A DNA stretch of 64,000 nt from Sphaerodactylus townsendi (lineage: Eukaryota): NCBI RefSeq assembly GCF_021028975.2, contig NC_059439.1, forward strand, positions 5,952,001-6,016,000, read 5' to 3'. The translations under genes and the position numbers were made by a program. Every line of letters starts with the position of its first letter. The stretch's first letter is position 1. The notes under the pieces were generated by a model, which made no database searches, was not told where the DNA came from, and was given only the letters and a program-made list of their open reading frames with translations. Shown one piece after another: positions 24,395 through 37,865 of this stretch.

Positions 24395-24732
24395 TCTTAA
24401 TTATTTATTTAGCTGTACACACAAAATCATAAGTTACATTACAAGTTAAATGTCTCACATGGCGACTAGCCCATTAACTTTAAATACACTAAAAATTCTA
24501 AACTGTAGGTACAGAAATCTAAAAAACCGCAAAAGGAGGGGTAGTGGAGAGGGAAGCCAACTGAATGATAGAAACCAGAGATGCCTCAACCATACGCCTG
24601 GTGGAATAGCTCCGTCTTACAGGCCCTGAGGACCTATATCAAATCCCTCATGGCCCTGGTCTCATTGAACAGAGCGTTCCGCCAGGTTGGGGCCAGGGTT
24701 GAAAACACCCTGGCCCTGGTTAGGGCCAGCTG
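24395..24732 (-). mobile_element. L2 LINE 3' fragment
   Basis: Minus translation ARVFSTLAPTWRNAL resembles the L2 ORF2 C-terminus (RAFSxxAPxLWNxLP). Confidence 0.7.
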
Positions 24733-24955
24733 AAAAACAGCAAGCTTCACTGTTTTTCTTCCATGATCCTGCATAGAGTTCAGGGATCCCCATGCTATGA
24801 TGTGCACAGAGCAGTTCTTTAAGCCAACAGCTTCAACCATTCCAGAACTGGGACTCTCTGAGCTACAAGAATGTCAGCACAGTCAGTGACAGAAAGAGGG
24901 AGAGACAGAGTTATTACTGCATCAGAGTCAAGGGGGTGGGGCGGTCTACAAATAT

Positions 24956-24956
<1 letters not shown>

Positions 24957-25032
<76 letters not shown>
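24957..25032 (+). repeat. (TAA)n microsatellite, likely the tail of a short L2-type 3' end
   Basis: About 25 perfect TAA units preceded by ggggcggtctacaaat. Confidence 0.95.
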
Positions 25033-25033
<1 letters not shown>

Positions 25034-25263
25034 GGTCAGAACCGTGGGCACTGGAGCAAGAGAAACGAACAGGAACTGTAAGCAGAGCACTGGGAGGAGC
25101 ACTATAGCGAGGAATGCCAATGTTCAGAGCCACGGAAGAATCTTTTCCACTCCTGGGTGATCCTGCCCCACTGTCCCGCGGCCTCTCTTAGGATTGTTTG
25201 TGACTTTGCTCTCTCTGTGTTTCAATTCTACCAAAAGGCAGCAATTTTTTTCAAACTTTGTAC

Positions 25264-25548
25264 AGAAGAAGAAGAGGTTGGGTTTATACCCCACCTTTTC
25301 CTGTAGGACTATCAAGGCGGCTTAAAAACTCCTTTCCCTTTCTCTCTGAGCAACAGATACCTCGGGAGGTAGGTGAGGCTGAGAGAGTTTTCAGAGAACT
25401 GTGACTAGCCCAGGGTCACCCTCACAGGCTTCATGTGTAGGACTAAGGGAAACAAGTCTAGTTCACCAGATAAGAGTCTGCCGATCATGTGAAGGAGTGG
25501 GGAATCAAACCCAGCACCTCTCTAAACCACTACATCACGCTGGCTCTC
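25264..25548 (-). mobile_element. Squam3-like SINE
   Basis: Same family as 1016-1312. Confidence 0.8.
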
Positions 25549-25755
25549 ATAGGGCTTGCGATCCAGCAGTTGGTGCTTTATAATCTACCTAAGGTTCCCC
25601 AACCCAAGAATGGACATCTTGAAGTAACAGTCAGTTAATGGGTGCACCATTATAACTGTCAAATACCAACTTTTCATCTGTTTGCTCTCTAACAGCCTGT
25701 TACGATCACAGAAATGCCATATTCTCAAGAATTCTCTAGCAAAATGAGCTTGATA

Positions 25756-26027
25756 AAGTAAAGGTAAAGTTTTCCCTCAGTTGTGTCTGACCCTGGAGTA
25801 CCACTGCAAGCAGTGATTTCATAGGCAGGCCATTTTTGTGGGGTAGTTTGCCATTGTTTCCCTGGCTATTCTTTACCTCCTAGCTATGTGCTAGGTACTC
25901 ATTTACCGTCCAAGGAATGGATGGATGGCTGAGTTGACCATGAGCCAGTTGCCAGGATATCTGACCCACAGGGGGCTCGAACTCTTGACTGTGTGAGTGG
26001 CAGTGCAAGCACTGCCACGCGGCTCCT
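25756..26027 (-). mobile_element. Sauria-type SINE
   Basis: aaagtaaaggtaaag tail, ttgccattg and ggtactcatttaccg...ggatggatggctgagttgacc motifs. Confidence 0.7.
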
Positions 26028-28059
26028 TTGAGCTTGATAGTCTTCCCAATTTATTTACTTTCTGAAGTTAAAACAAATGAACAAACAAAAAACTGAGGAA
26101 TGCAAGGAAGTTTTACAATCTGGCAAGTTCACCAATATTTTCAGCCTGGTTCACTGAGAGGCACTTTTCAAGGATGACTGATGTTATTAAGCTGGCCTTC
26201 AATACAGCTTATCCTGTCGTACCATTGTTCTTTACAATCCAGACAGAGCAGTAAAAGGCCCACATACAGGGTTTTACCCAGGATCAGCATAGCCACAATT
26301 GCTGAAACTGTCTACATTTCTGATTTTCTATGCCTTTCCCATACAAATTAAAAATCAACTGCAGAGAAGGTAAAAAAGAGAGGAAATTAAGAGCTAGCAT
26401 GCACAGTGAATAAATAGTCAGCCCTGGAATGGGGAAGCCTGGCTCTAAATTCCATGAAGTTCTTTATTTAACTTTGGGTCAGAAATCATCTTCAGTTCCC
26501 TGTAGGTTGCCCCAAATTCCTTGGAGAAAGGAATGGATACAAGGATGAGACAAGTTACAAGAGGCTAGCCATGTTAGTTACCTGCACAAAAAGCAGCATC
26601 TGACAAACACCCTGAAGCAGAAGAGCCCATCCTGCCAGATCTAAGACACATACATGGAAGTGAAAAAGAAGTGGGGAAATCAGTACAAGCCAAGGGAAAA
26701 GCATCAAGCAATGCAGAGATAACTGTGCGTGTTAGCTGGGAAGATGGGAAGATTGCACAGAGCATATTAAATACGGGATCCGGTCAGAAGAAATGTGACC
26801 CAGTAGCTACTAATGAAGAATAGGCATAGAAACATGCAAACAAACACCAAAAGAGGTGTTTACTTTCCACAGTGTGCCAGCTACTCCCATGACCTACTAA
26901 GTCCATGTCGAATTTTATCTGCAGGGAGCACCAAATTGATTGGAAGCTGTACTGCTTGGTCAGTCCCTTAGATGAATACCACCAGGAATACCACCCATGC
27001 AAGATTTTGTTTAACTTTTCCCCCTTCCAAAGTCCACTCTCAGCAAGCAAAAAACCCCTGACAGCCCATCTTAAGAGTTCTCAACACAGGCTTCCTGTTT
27101 CCCCAGGAGCTCCTGTGAGCAAGACGTCTCTAGAGAGGCTAAAACTGTACCCGAGAACTAAGGGGTTGTTGGGTTTCGATCCTTTAAACAATAAACTGAC
27201 TCTAGATTGCTGATCAGCAGTGTTTATTGGAAAGGCAACAAAGCACCCAGTTTACAGGAAGCCAGTCCTGCCCCCACCTGGCTTTTGAACCCCCCCTCCC
27301 GTTTTCCCAAAGAATGTGAGAAAGAGTGACATCGGAGTCCAAGCATGCCCCAAGGTCAGTGACAGAAAGAGATAAACCCACCTGGTCTCCTGCCCCCACG
27401 GAGCAATGGAAACCCGCTTCCCATGGGAATACAGGGGTGTCAGGGACAAGCCTAGTTACCTACCAAGCATGTGAAACAGATCAAGGAAAGAATGTTCCAT
27501 TAACACTGTGGTTAAATTTAGCAGGCAGCGTACAGATATCTAAAAGCAGTTATGTTGAAAGGGACGCATCTCAATCAGCTAGATACAATCACCGTCTCCA
27601 ATTTATGTGGCCCTAACCCGGGGTTGGGAATGTACCTTAATCAACCAGGTGCCAACCCTGACATGGGTACAGGTATCCTCTGCGCTAGAACAAGTAAAGG
27701 ATTTTCAACTTTGCCATCAGAGTTCACCACCCTCCTCTAAGTAAATCAGATACAGTTGGAAATAGAAACAAGTGTATTCAATACTGCATACAGGATACCC
27801 TGCATGTAACTGTTTTATTGTCTGGGGGTTCTTGCCTGCTGTTCTCCTCCTACAAGGGTCTGGAATGGGCACCACAGCATCCATGTTTCATTTTACTTTC
27901 CCTATGAGGTAAGCCAGATGACAGAGAATTCAGGGGAGAGCAAAGGTTTGAGACTGCAGTTGCCAGGGTCCCAGTTATACATTATACAAATATTTAACAT
28001 AGGTGTGGGGGAGATGCAATGGGCCCTAGGAAAGGGTGGTGGTGGAGGAAGAATCTCCC

Positions 28060-28460
28060 CTGCTCCCAGTGTGACACATGGGACTTTTGTGGGCCTGGGT
28101 CTGTGGCTTGGGATGGGCAGATTGGAGAAGTGTGGCTTCGGGTAGGGTGAGTCTTGGGGTGATGGTTTGGGGTAGGGGGAATGGAGTGACTATGGTTGGG
28201 AGAGGTTGAAAAGGTAAGAGTTTGGGTGGGGGAAGGTGGCAAGGTGAGGGTTGGGGTGGGGGAAGGGTTTGAAGGTGTCTCTTGGGGTGGGGGGTAGCAA
28301 AGGTGAGTATTGGGGTGGGAGTGGAAAGATGAGGTTTGGGATGGGGAAGTTGAGAAGGTGAGGCTTGTGGTGGAGGGAGGGTTGGAAGGTGGGGTTTAGG
28401 GTGGGGGAGGGTGTAGGTTGGGTGATTGGGATGGGGGGGAGGAAGGAGGGCTTTGCTGAG
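28060..28460 (+). repeat. G-rich low-complexity tract or degenerate minisatellite
   Basis: Repeated ggggtgggggaagg-like units; strongly G-skewed. Confidence 0.75.
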
Positions 28461-28789
28461 ACCTTGGGGACGAGCCCCCGGCCTGGCTGCTTGAGGCAGG
28501 GAGGGAGGAGGTGCCACGATAGCACAGAGCCTACAAAATGGTGGGCACAACTGTACTAAAGCGAAAGTGCTGCTGACAGCTGTCTGGAGCACTATAAATG
28601 CTCTTTTACCAAAGCGCAATGTTTAATATTACAACGGATAATGGTTTTGATGAAGCTGGAGCTTAAGGACTATTCTTGCATCCTAAAAGAGAATCAGGTC
28701 CTCCTTGAAGGGCGGAGATATGCATAACCGGCTCCCAGTCAAGCATGCACGACTGAATTGTCTTCTTTCTCACCAAAAAAGGTAGAAGC

Positions 28790-29915
28790 AAGCCTTTATT
28801 GGCATAGACAACAGTACAACAATAATAAAAAACAGATTAAAAAGCATATACAATACAGGAAATAAATGTTAGGTTGAAGGAAATCTACTGGCGTTTAGTA
28901 ATTTCCAGGAGAAAGTCTGCCACTATCATACAGAGAGAAGGATCAGGGTTGTTCAACAAGTAGTGTAATCTAATTAAATCGGGGAGATGGGGTAAATGTA
29001 AAGGAGTAAGATTCACATACTTGGATCTGATTTCCTTGAATCTGAGACAGTGTAGTAATTGGTGGGCCAGAGATTCAACTGAGCCATCGTTACATGGGCA
29101 CAATCTTTTAGCCTTTTCTTGCTTATTAAATCTGCCATGTAACAAGGCAGAAGGCATAACATTCAACCTGGCGAGCATTATGGCTTAACAAACAGGGTTT
29201 GTTAAGCAATACAGGTAGTGTGCCAAGTGGCCCTGTTCAAATGGGAGAGAAAAATACAGGAGGGGGACACGTTTTCTTGGCTGTGATGATTAGGGTAGAG
29301 AACTCTCTATCCAACAGTTGACCTTTTAATTTCCTATAAGCTTCTGAATAGGACAAAGGGCAAAGTGAATCCACTGACAGTCCAATAGAGGCCAATTTTT
29401 CTTCAATTATGGAAAACCAGGGGTTGGAATGGGTGTCAGAGAGCAGACGGTGGACCAGGGAATTACAGTCTGAGAGAAAATGAATTCGCAGCCAGAATCT
29501 AAAAAGTCCAAATCAGCCAAGCTGTATGATTCCAAGGAGTTTTCGGACCTAACTCCAGACAAAGGGCTGTGTATAGGGCAATTTAATTTGGGGAAAGTCC
29601 AGTTATTCTTATGAAAAAATATTGGATTTGAAGGAGAATTCAAGGAGTGGTTAATAGCTTGAATCCAAATTGGGACTCAGTAGAGCAATCTCGAGGCGAC
29701 TTTGGCATTGAAAAATTTGAGGGCAGGAGGGATAAAGGAGTGGCCACTGCTGTAAAAGAAAAGTAGTAATGCTGACATACTGTTAGATGTAGCTAGGAGA
29801 GTGGCCTTCCTCTGGGTTGCCCATGAAAGGTTAAAGGAGAATGAGAAGCCAAGGTAATTATAGCACTTAACCTGTTCAATTTGGGTGCTTTTATCCAAAA
29901 AAGGTATAACTGGAA
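28790..29915 (-). mobile_element. 5'-truncated non-LTR retrotransposon (RTE-X-like) 3' part
   Basis: IEQVKCYNYLG, ARLNVMPSALLHGRF and RLCPC...ESLAHQLLHC (C-terminal Cys/His motif); 3' end tatgccaataaaggctt. Clade assignment is tentative. Confidence 0.7.
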
Positions 29916-30359
29916 ACTTAAGAAGTAAATAAGCAAATAAGTAAATAAATGGGCTGGAAGCAGTTGCAACACTTTTCAAAGGCAACCACAGAGTGTGTTA
30001 GAGTCATCTAATCTAGATGTCACAGGGGCATGAATTGCTATGCTGTATACCAGCATGATCTACTTGCTCCAGCACACCTGGAAAAATAGGTTACAAACCT
30101 CAACCAATCCCACTGAGCACAGGACCTACCCTGAATCTGAGCCCCAGCAAAATTTCCTGAAGTTACTCTACTGAAGTGTCAAAGGCTTCTTCAGATGAGT
30201 TTCTTTCAGCTATTGGCTTAGCTGCAAACAGCATGGTCAGAGAAAGAATATTATTTAAAGAAGAGGGTGTGCAAAACGTGAGACAGAATAAAGGCAGTAG
30301 AAATAGACAAACTGAAATAAAACTGAAGTAAAATGCTTCCCTGCACTGCTTGCTAAGGC

Positions 30360-30414
30360 GAGAGAGAGAGAGAGACAGACAGAGAGAGAGAGACAGACAG
30401 ACAGAGAGACAGAG
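30360..30414 (+). repeat. (GA)n/(GACA)n microsatellite
   Basis: Seen directly. Confidence 0.9.
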
Positions 30415-30961
30415 AATGTGTCTGGGACTGAAGAAAGAAATTATGCATAAGAGAAATTATGCAAGTGTGCAATACACATACAACCACATAGCACAAATAT
30501 TCTCCCTTCCCCCAATTTTATTAAAGTTCATACAAACCAAGTTAAGAAAAAATACATGACATGGGGATTAAGAACTAGATGCCCCATAAACTTAGAGAAG
30601 GAATCCAACCTAATCCAGGGGTGTCAGATATGTGGCCCGTGGGTCAGATCTGGGAACCTTGAGGGGGCTGAGACAATCCCCCTGGTCAACCTGCTGCGGG
30701 CTCACCAGCCCAGCCCCTCCCACAGTGTAACAAATGAGTTTGATACTCCTCCCCTAATCCTTGATTCCCAGAATTTTTATTCATACTATACAGCTAATTC
30801 TGTCATCACACTTTCAAACATTTGAGCAAGAAATCAAGTTTACTTTTTAAAGGCAAGGAAACCAAGAATTCTGCAGGGCTGACAAAATACTGACGCAGGT
30901 GGCATCCACATTTTGAGAGGAGAGTTAATGCAAGGAAGATTTTAGTTATCAGTCCTTCACA

Positions 30962-31172
30962 AAGGTGGTGTAGTGTAGTGGCTAAAGTGTAAGACAAGCA
31001 TCCGGGAGACTTAGGTGCAAATCCTCACTCTGACATCAAAAGTTGCTGGGTGATCTTGGGTCAGTCAGACCCACTCAGCCCAACCAATCTCAAAGGGCTG
31101 TCGCAAAAACAGAGAACAGACTGATGTAAGCCTCTTTAAATCCCCACTGAGGGAGAAAATCAAGGGATAAAT
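30962..31172 (+). mobile_element. Old MIR/CORE-like SINE
   Basis: gtggtgtagtgtagtggctaaagtg head and gctgggtgatcttgggtcagtca core. Similar old copies at about 4370-4570, 10210-10385 and 56440-56630. Confidence 0.6.
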
Positions 31173-34100
31173 ATTACCATATATAATTCCCTAAGCAGCG
31201 ACCAGTTGCCATCTTTCGATGATGAACCCTCACCCATTGGTGGGCATGCCCATTGGTGGGACGTCCATCCCCCGACCGCCTTCTCCCAACCCAGCAGAGA
31301 GCCAGGTCTGCCACCTTCTCCACCCATGACAACTTTCCCACCTCCACCCCTGGCTTCCCACCACCCACAAGGCACCCAGGCCTGCCTGGCAGCAGCAGCG
31401 AGAAGCAACAACAGAGCAGCAGTGCAATGAGTTGCAGAGCAAGACTGCCCATGGTGACCACAGGGTGAGTTTGGGATCATGGCCGGTGTGGGAGGGAGGC
31501 AGGAGAAGGCGGGTGTCAGGGGGATGTTATCTAGGTGATTGACGGGCATTCCCAGAACTGTGTAACTGCTTAAAATAATGAATTGCTGCTGCTACTAAGA
31601 TATATGTAACCAGCCTGTTATATTTATTCACTGCCATCTGCGCATTCTTTCCTTGCTCTTTATTTTATGGCTTCACATGCCTGTAGACAACTAGACTTCC
31701 CCTGTCCCTCCTGTCCCATGGGAACAATGTTACATTTGTTATTTTGTGAGGGAGGAAGACAGGTGGCTTTCTCTTGCTGTCTGCTGGCGACAATGGGGCG
31801 CCTTAGCTCCAAAAGCTGTTTTTCACAAATTCTTGGGAAAGCAGGAGGGGGGCTCACTCTGGGATAAAGGGAGCTGTGGATGCCGGCTTCATCAGAACTG
31901 GCTTTACCAGTGTGGTGCTTCAATGTCTATTCAATAAATGCTACTGATCAATACTTCAGAGTCTATTTATTTATTTATTTATATTTATTATTAGATTTAA
32001 GAACCGCCCACCTCCCGAAGGGCTCTGGGCAGTGTAAGGGTTCAAGACCTAACAGTGGGAGGCTTGGAACACCTACCATCAGCCCACCCATTCCCCCATC
32101 TGCACTGTCCCCACTGTCTAGAGTTCATTTTATGGAAATGTGAAATGGACTTTCCTACTAGTGAGGCAAATAATAAACAAATAAAAATAGACTCTTTCCA
32201 AGTACCTATAGCAATAGTTAACCTTGCTGCATTTACCTGAACACTTTTCACATCCCAGATTACAAGTGAAACAAACAAGCAAGCAAATAAAAATGTGATT
32301 CTTATCTACAATTTTGCCCAGATTGTTGTGTTAAATCTCATAAATCACGTTCAGGAGTGTAGAGTACAGAAGAATGGAATATTCACAGCCTTGCTTGACC
32401 AAGGTCAGAACAGATACTGATCTGCTGGTAAACTCAGCTGCTTCTCAGCTGAGAAAGCATTAGGGCTTTTCTCTTTTTAAAAACTTATGCCGGCCCTTAT
32501 GATTAAGAGGATCAGTGCCAAAAGCAGCAACCAGCAGAAACTGCCAGCTTGGAAAGAGGACCTTAACCTCATCAGGCCATTCTTCTGAAGCACAAGACTG
32601 CAACGGTGATCTGGCCAGAAACTAGACCCTCCCTTCAGACTTGCGATGAAACAGTCAGACCTACAACTACTGTTTGAAAAACAATCTGCCTTTTTTAAAT
32701 TGAGGGGAAAAAATATGGCTGAAGTTTACCAAGTTCAATCTGTCCAGAACAATTCTGCAAGAATGTCCAGGTCTTAGAAAGAGAAATGAAGTCCATTGTT
32801 GACTACACTGAAAAGGTGTATGAATTATTCTGCTGAATGACTCCAGATCAGACACGAGGCCAAAAGAAGACTGGTGCTTTGTGAATGAACCTCCAGTTCA
32901 CACAGAGCTCCGGTGCAGTGCTCCCCTTCCATTTCATGGCAAACTTTAACTCACAATAATACCCAAACCAGAAAACTGTGGCGTGGCTTGCCCTCTCCGC
33001 CAGAACTGCAAACCAGTGGCAATTCCGCTCATCAACATAAGTACAAGCCAGTTCTGATTCAGTTGCAAACTGCAGGCCAGGAGGCCAACCTGCTTCATAT
33101 CGAACAGCAATATAACTTCCACATACTTCTAAATTCTGCTTCCATGAGTGGTATTCAGAAACCCTCCATTCTTCTGGGATGAGCTGCACACAGCAGGTTG
33201 TTCATTGCAAATGTATAAATAATAAATAGAGTTCAGACCAGGTGAACTTCTCTTGGAAGTCCCGGCTGTCCAGGGACTTCCTCCCCCAGCTCTTTCCTTT
33301 TTGTGGCTCACTTTAATCTGCATTAAATCCCTCTGGGAAATGGCTGTCTGCAGTCTAATGCAGCAGTTTCTGATGAGCCCTATCATTAGCAGCCTCACTC
33401 CTTTGTTGTTTGCTCCAAGCATCAGCAGGCCCTGAGGAACTGAACACAGAGGGTTGATTAGGCACGCCATACACTTCTGCCCCAATGTTGATCGGCTCCT
33501 GAGAAGTATAGAGTAGTATCCCCTGCCGTCTCAAGAAGGTCAGAAAATGCTGGGGGATGGAGGGAGTCAAAGGAGAAGCTTGGTGCTCTTGAATGACCAG
33601 GCTTCATGAGCTATGCTGTTCATTCTGTGGCACTAGCTTAACTATTAAGAATCAGCATAGTATAGTAGACAAGGACTATTTGATCAGCCAGGTCAGGAGT
33701 CAAATCCCTGCTCAGCCGCAACACATGCTGGGCGACTGTGGGTCTGTCCCTATCTCCCAGCCTTACCTGTCTCACAGAGCTGCTGTGATGATAAATGGGT
33801 AGCTGTGATGATAAATGGGTAGGGAAAATCTCGTATGCTACCCGGAACTCCTTAAAAGGGCAGGACATTAAATATCTTAATTCTGAAAAACACCAAAGAA
33901 CCAGGATACATTCTAGTAAATCTGCCTCCTAACCTGCCAAAATCACAGGACAGGCTTAAAAATGTTCAAAGTGGGATATGGATTTTAGAAATAACATAAA
34001 GGTTAGGTAAATTCATTTTGTCCACCTATTACAAGCTTGTGTACAAAATATGAGAGGTGTTGAAATATCAACATATGCAAGTGGGCAGCACTTTTGAAAG

Positions 34101-34454
34101 CTAAACTTTCTTTACTAGTGTTAAGAATGTTAAAATACATATACCATACCTCACAGAAGTACAATTATGAAGGATTATTCTGTTCCCCTTTCAAATATCA
34201 TCTGCTGCTGAGGCTTTAATTAACTCTGACCACTGCTGTGATCCAGAGCAATATAAATTGCTATTAATAGAATTATGAAATGTAGATCTAAGTGTTTCTT
34301 TGTTTACTGAAAATCGTTCTCAGAGAATGGCAAAACTTCCGATTTCTTCCATTTTGAGCAACACAGAACAGGGAGTGAGACAACAAGACAAGCTGGATGC
34401 CCTTCTAACAGCTTGTTTTTCCCTCCACTTCAACCAGAACTTTCCATAGCTATT

Positions 34455-34540
34455 CCCTTCGGGGATCGGGCGGTATAGAAATTGAATGAATGAATGAATG
34501 AATGAATGAATGAATGAATGAATGAATGAATGAATAAATA
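34455..34540 (+). repeat. (GAAT)n microsatellite at an L2-type 3' end
   Basis: ggggatcgggcggtatagaaatt followed by about 13 GAAT units. Confidence 0.85.
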
Positions 34541-34765
34541 ATACATTGGCTTGTTGGTAAAGCCAGTACAGTAAGGCTTGCAGCATAACAACCTCCTGAA
34601 TGCCTCCAGCGCCAGGCTACTGGTGTTAGTATTGCTGGCTGGAACGTCAGTGAGGAAGTACAGCACGTAATTCTGAGCTACACATTTAGGAGCATGCAGA
34701 AGTGAAAAAGAGGCAGGACTAATAAAAACACGTTTGCTGCTTGAGAAGGTAAGCATAATCTCCTA

Positions 34766-34906
34766 GGCTCATTCCACACATGCAGAATAATGCACTTTCA
34801 AACTGCTTTCAGTGCTCTTTGAAGCTGTGCGGAATAGCAAAATCCACTTGCAAACAGTTGTGAAAGTGGTTTGAAAATACATTATTTTGCGTGTGCGGAA
34901 GGGGCC
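34766..34906. mobile_element. Palindromic MITE, PIF/Harbinger-like
   Basis: ggctcattccacacatgcagaataatg ... cattattttgcgtgtgcggaaggggcc flanked by a 3-bp duplication cta. Confidence 0.65.
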
Positions 34907-35113
34907 CTAGTTAACAAAGCAGAAGATCTGAACGTTATCTACTATTGCACTGTGGAAAAGAATTCCACTCCTACAGCATGATTAGGGCCCAAAACACAGC
35001 ATGATCTTCTGAAAACAATAAGCCAGTTTTGGGGACAATTTTATGCAGATCTACTCAGATATAGCGGAATGTGCCACCGAGTCGTAACCAACTCATGGTG
35101 ATACCCTCTATGG

Positions 35114-35248
35114 CATAGGTGTCAAACTCGCAGCCCTCCAAATGTTATGGGCTACAGTTCCCATCATCCCCTGCCAGCTTCATGCTAGCAGGGGATGATG
35201 GGAACTGTAATCCATAACATCTGGAGGGCCACGAGTTTGACACCTGTG
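35114..35248. mobile_element. Palindromic hAT MITE
   Basis: cataggtgtcaaactcg...cgagtttgacacctgtg with TSD ctctatgg/ctctatgt. Confidence 0.85.
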
Positions 35249-36404
35249 CTCTATGTGGTGTTCCAGCTCAGAGAGGAGTAGAGGTGGTTTGCCATTGCTT
35301 AAATCCCACTTTATTCAAGGGAGCTTACTCCTGGGAAAGTGTTCTTCAGATTACAGTCTTTGTCACCCATTCCCACAATCCAAGCTTCTGGGAAATATGC
35401 CAGAGTACGGCCCAGAGTACTCTGCATGAACGGGAATTCAGCACCAAGCAAACTGATGTGGAATGGATTGTCTGGATATACAACGGATATATTCCACTGG
35501 CCAATATTTCCACATAAAAATGATTGCAGCACTAAGTACTGGGGCCCCAATCTATAGGGAGAGAAAAGGTGACTTGCAGAAAGCTGCTCAGACAGAATCA
35601 TGGTTGAGCAAGGATTTGAACACAGTCCCTGTCGGTCATCCCCTAGCCATCCATAGCCAAGCTACACATTAACTCTGACCTCAGAGTTGCCATCACAACA
35701 CAGTCAGAGTTGCCATCACAACACAACAGAGTTGCCATCACAACACCATCCTGGAAGCCAAGCTGCAAGAGAGGAAAGCAAAGGAGGACAGTCAGACATG
35801 GTTTGTGTGAAGAAGTGTCAGCCATTAGGGCTCATAACCAGCCCGATGTCCTATGGAAGGCTGTCCTATGGAAGGCTGCATGTGGCATTATGCAGTAGGC
35901 AAGGTAGTCAGTACATAAAAGTCTTGCAAAAATGAGGGATAGTATACAGTAGCTCCAGAGGCTGCTAACCACTATTTAAACCTAATAGCCAGAAGCCAAG
36001 GAGAATGCCCCAGGCCTTCCCTCCTGGCTCCAAGAGTGGGAGGAAGTTCAAATGTGCACCGGAACAGCCTGAAAAGGGCAGTTGATGACAATGTGATCAC
36101 CCACCCACCCATTCTCTTCCCTTCTCTTCTGGAAAACAAGCCATCATGAATTCCAGAACTGTCCACACAAGTAAACATCTTCAGCTAGAGAACTGGGAAC
36201 CAGCACTAGGCAATATTACCACAATTTGAACTATATTAACTTTTTGCTTAGTGTACCAAAAAGAGGCTGTTTTTGTATCTTCAACTGGATGGAATCCATT
36301 TTTGCTCCTACTTCCCACCAAGCCAAGGACAGATCTTCATCACTTAGTGACAGCCTATGCCTAGAGTTTGGATTCAGTTGGTTTGCATCGGTTCTGCCAA
36401 ACCA

Positions 36405-36872
36405 GTAGCTAACTGGCTGAATCCCACCAATGGCACCACCCCAGGGCAGCCACCGATCGGGCCGCCAGCCCAGAGGCACGCAGCCTGATCAGAAGCTGCC
36501 CTGGGGGGTGCCATGGTGTGCGGCCTTCAGGGGAGGGCAGGGAGGCCTGCTGGAGCGCTAGCAAGGCAGGCCACTCCGGCAGGTCACACAATGCACGTAG
36601 CATGTGGCCTCCCATGAAGGCCATGCCACCAGCATGCAGCCCGATCAATGGCCAGCCCCCCCATGGGGGGGAACTGGTTGGCCCAGCTCCAGCAGGCCTC
36701 CTGACCCTCCCCCAAAGCCCGCGCTGCAGCTGGCCCCCCAAAGCCACCACCTTCCTTCACCTCCCCCCGCCTAACATCAGAAAAGGGGGGCTGGGGGCTC
36801 AGCAGCCATGTAAGTGGGGGGGGCGTGGCGGGGGGGCAAACCGGTGGCTGATCCAGTTGGATCCCACCACTG
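36405..36872. mobile_element. Right part of a CAGTGGTGGGAT-type hAT element
   Basis: Ends ccagttggatcccaccactg; GC-rich interior. Confidence 0.55.
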
Positions 36873-37337
36873 CCTATGCCCACCCAAATCAACAAAGCAT
36901 TCTATACAAGATGCAAAGAGATAGAGCCCAAACAACTGTGGCCTAAAGATCTGTGTCCCTTTTCTTGTTTTTTAACATCCAGTCAGACCTGGACAACTCA
37001 AATGCCTGGAACACCATAGGTTGCATTAGCTTACTCAGTCTAAATAAAAAGGTCTTATTATGTGGTGTCTGTTTTGGGACTTTGATACCTTTTATTTTTG
37101 CCAACATAAATTTGCTCCCCAGGGTATCCTAAGTACTGAATAATTCCTCTAATAGTTACTAATTCACAAATTACCACCACAAAGAAAATGCAAACTGCAG
37201 AGCCTTCCTATTTCTAGTGAGTGCTGCAGCCAGGTTTGAAGACTGCTACCAAGCACGCTGGAAGGGCTATATGAAACTTAAGTAAATCAGTATCTGCTCA
37301 GGTGTTCGATCAGAACTCCACAAACAAGACAGGAATA

Positions 37338-37607
37338 TATTGTCGAAGGCTTTCACGGTCAGATTCCACTGGTTGTGGTGGGTTTTCTGGGCTGTGTGGC
37401 TGTGGTCTGGTGGATCTTGTTCCTAACGTTTCACCTGCATCTATGGCTGGCATCTTCAGAGGTGTATTACAGAGGGAAGGACACAGTGTGTAACAGACTT
37501 CCCTCTGTGAAACACCTCTGAAGATGCCAGCCACAGATGCAGGTGAAAAGTTAGGAACAAGATCCACCAGACCACAGCCACACAGCCCGGAAAACCCACC
37601 ACAACTA
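37338..37607. mobile_element. Penelope-like fold-back element with two divergent hammerhead motifs (37422-37462 minus; 37515-37555 plus)
   Basis: Inverted arms of about 105 bp. Left core CUGAAGA..GAAACGUU, right core CUGAAGA..GAAAAGUU. A roughly 30-nt extra tail (tgtcgaaggctttcacgg...) is present on the left arm only. Confidence 0.8.
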
Positions 37608-37865
37608 ACACAGGAATAGTTAGTATGTTTGTGTGCATGTATATGTGAGTGAGACAAACAACCATGGTATTGATTAGACAAGTGTAGAATAACAGGTCTG
37701 TGATCTATGGAACCTTCTTAGTGCTTCATTCCCTACTGACCATTTTAATGCATTCTTTCACAACATAATTAATTTTCAAACAAAATAATATTGGTTAAAT
37801 ACAAGATCAAGTATTTTACCATGTTTATGTAAGTGAAATGACATTGTGAATTTAAAGAGCTTCAG

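Noticed and set aside
24819-25160. Poly-Tyr and poly-Ile ORFs
   Set aside because: Translations of the (TAA)n microsatellite.
28026-28619. 197-aa proline-rich ORF
   Set aside because: Produced by the G-rich low-complexity tract; no splice or domain evidence.
35677-35745. Three copies of cagagttgccatcacaaca with short spacers (CRISPR-like look)
   Set aside because: Simple roughly 23-bp tandem repeat in a vertebrate intron with no unique spacers or cas genes.
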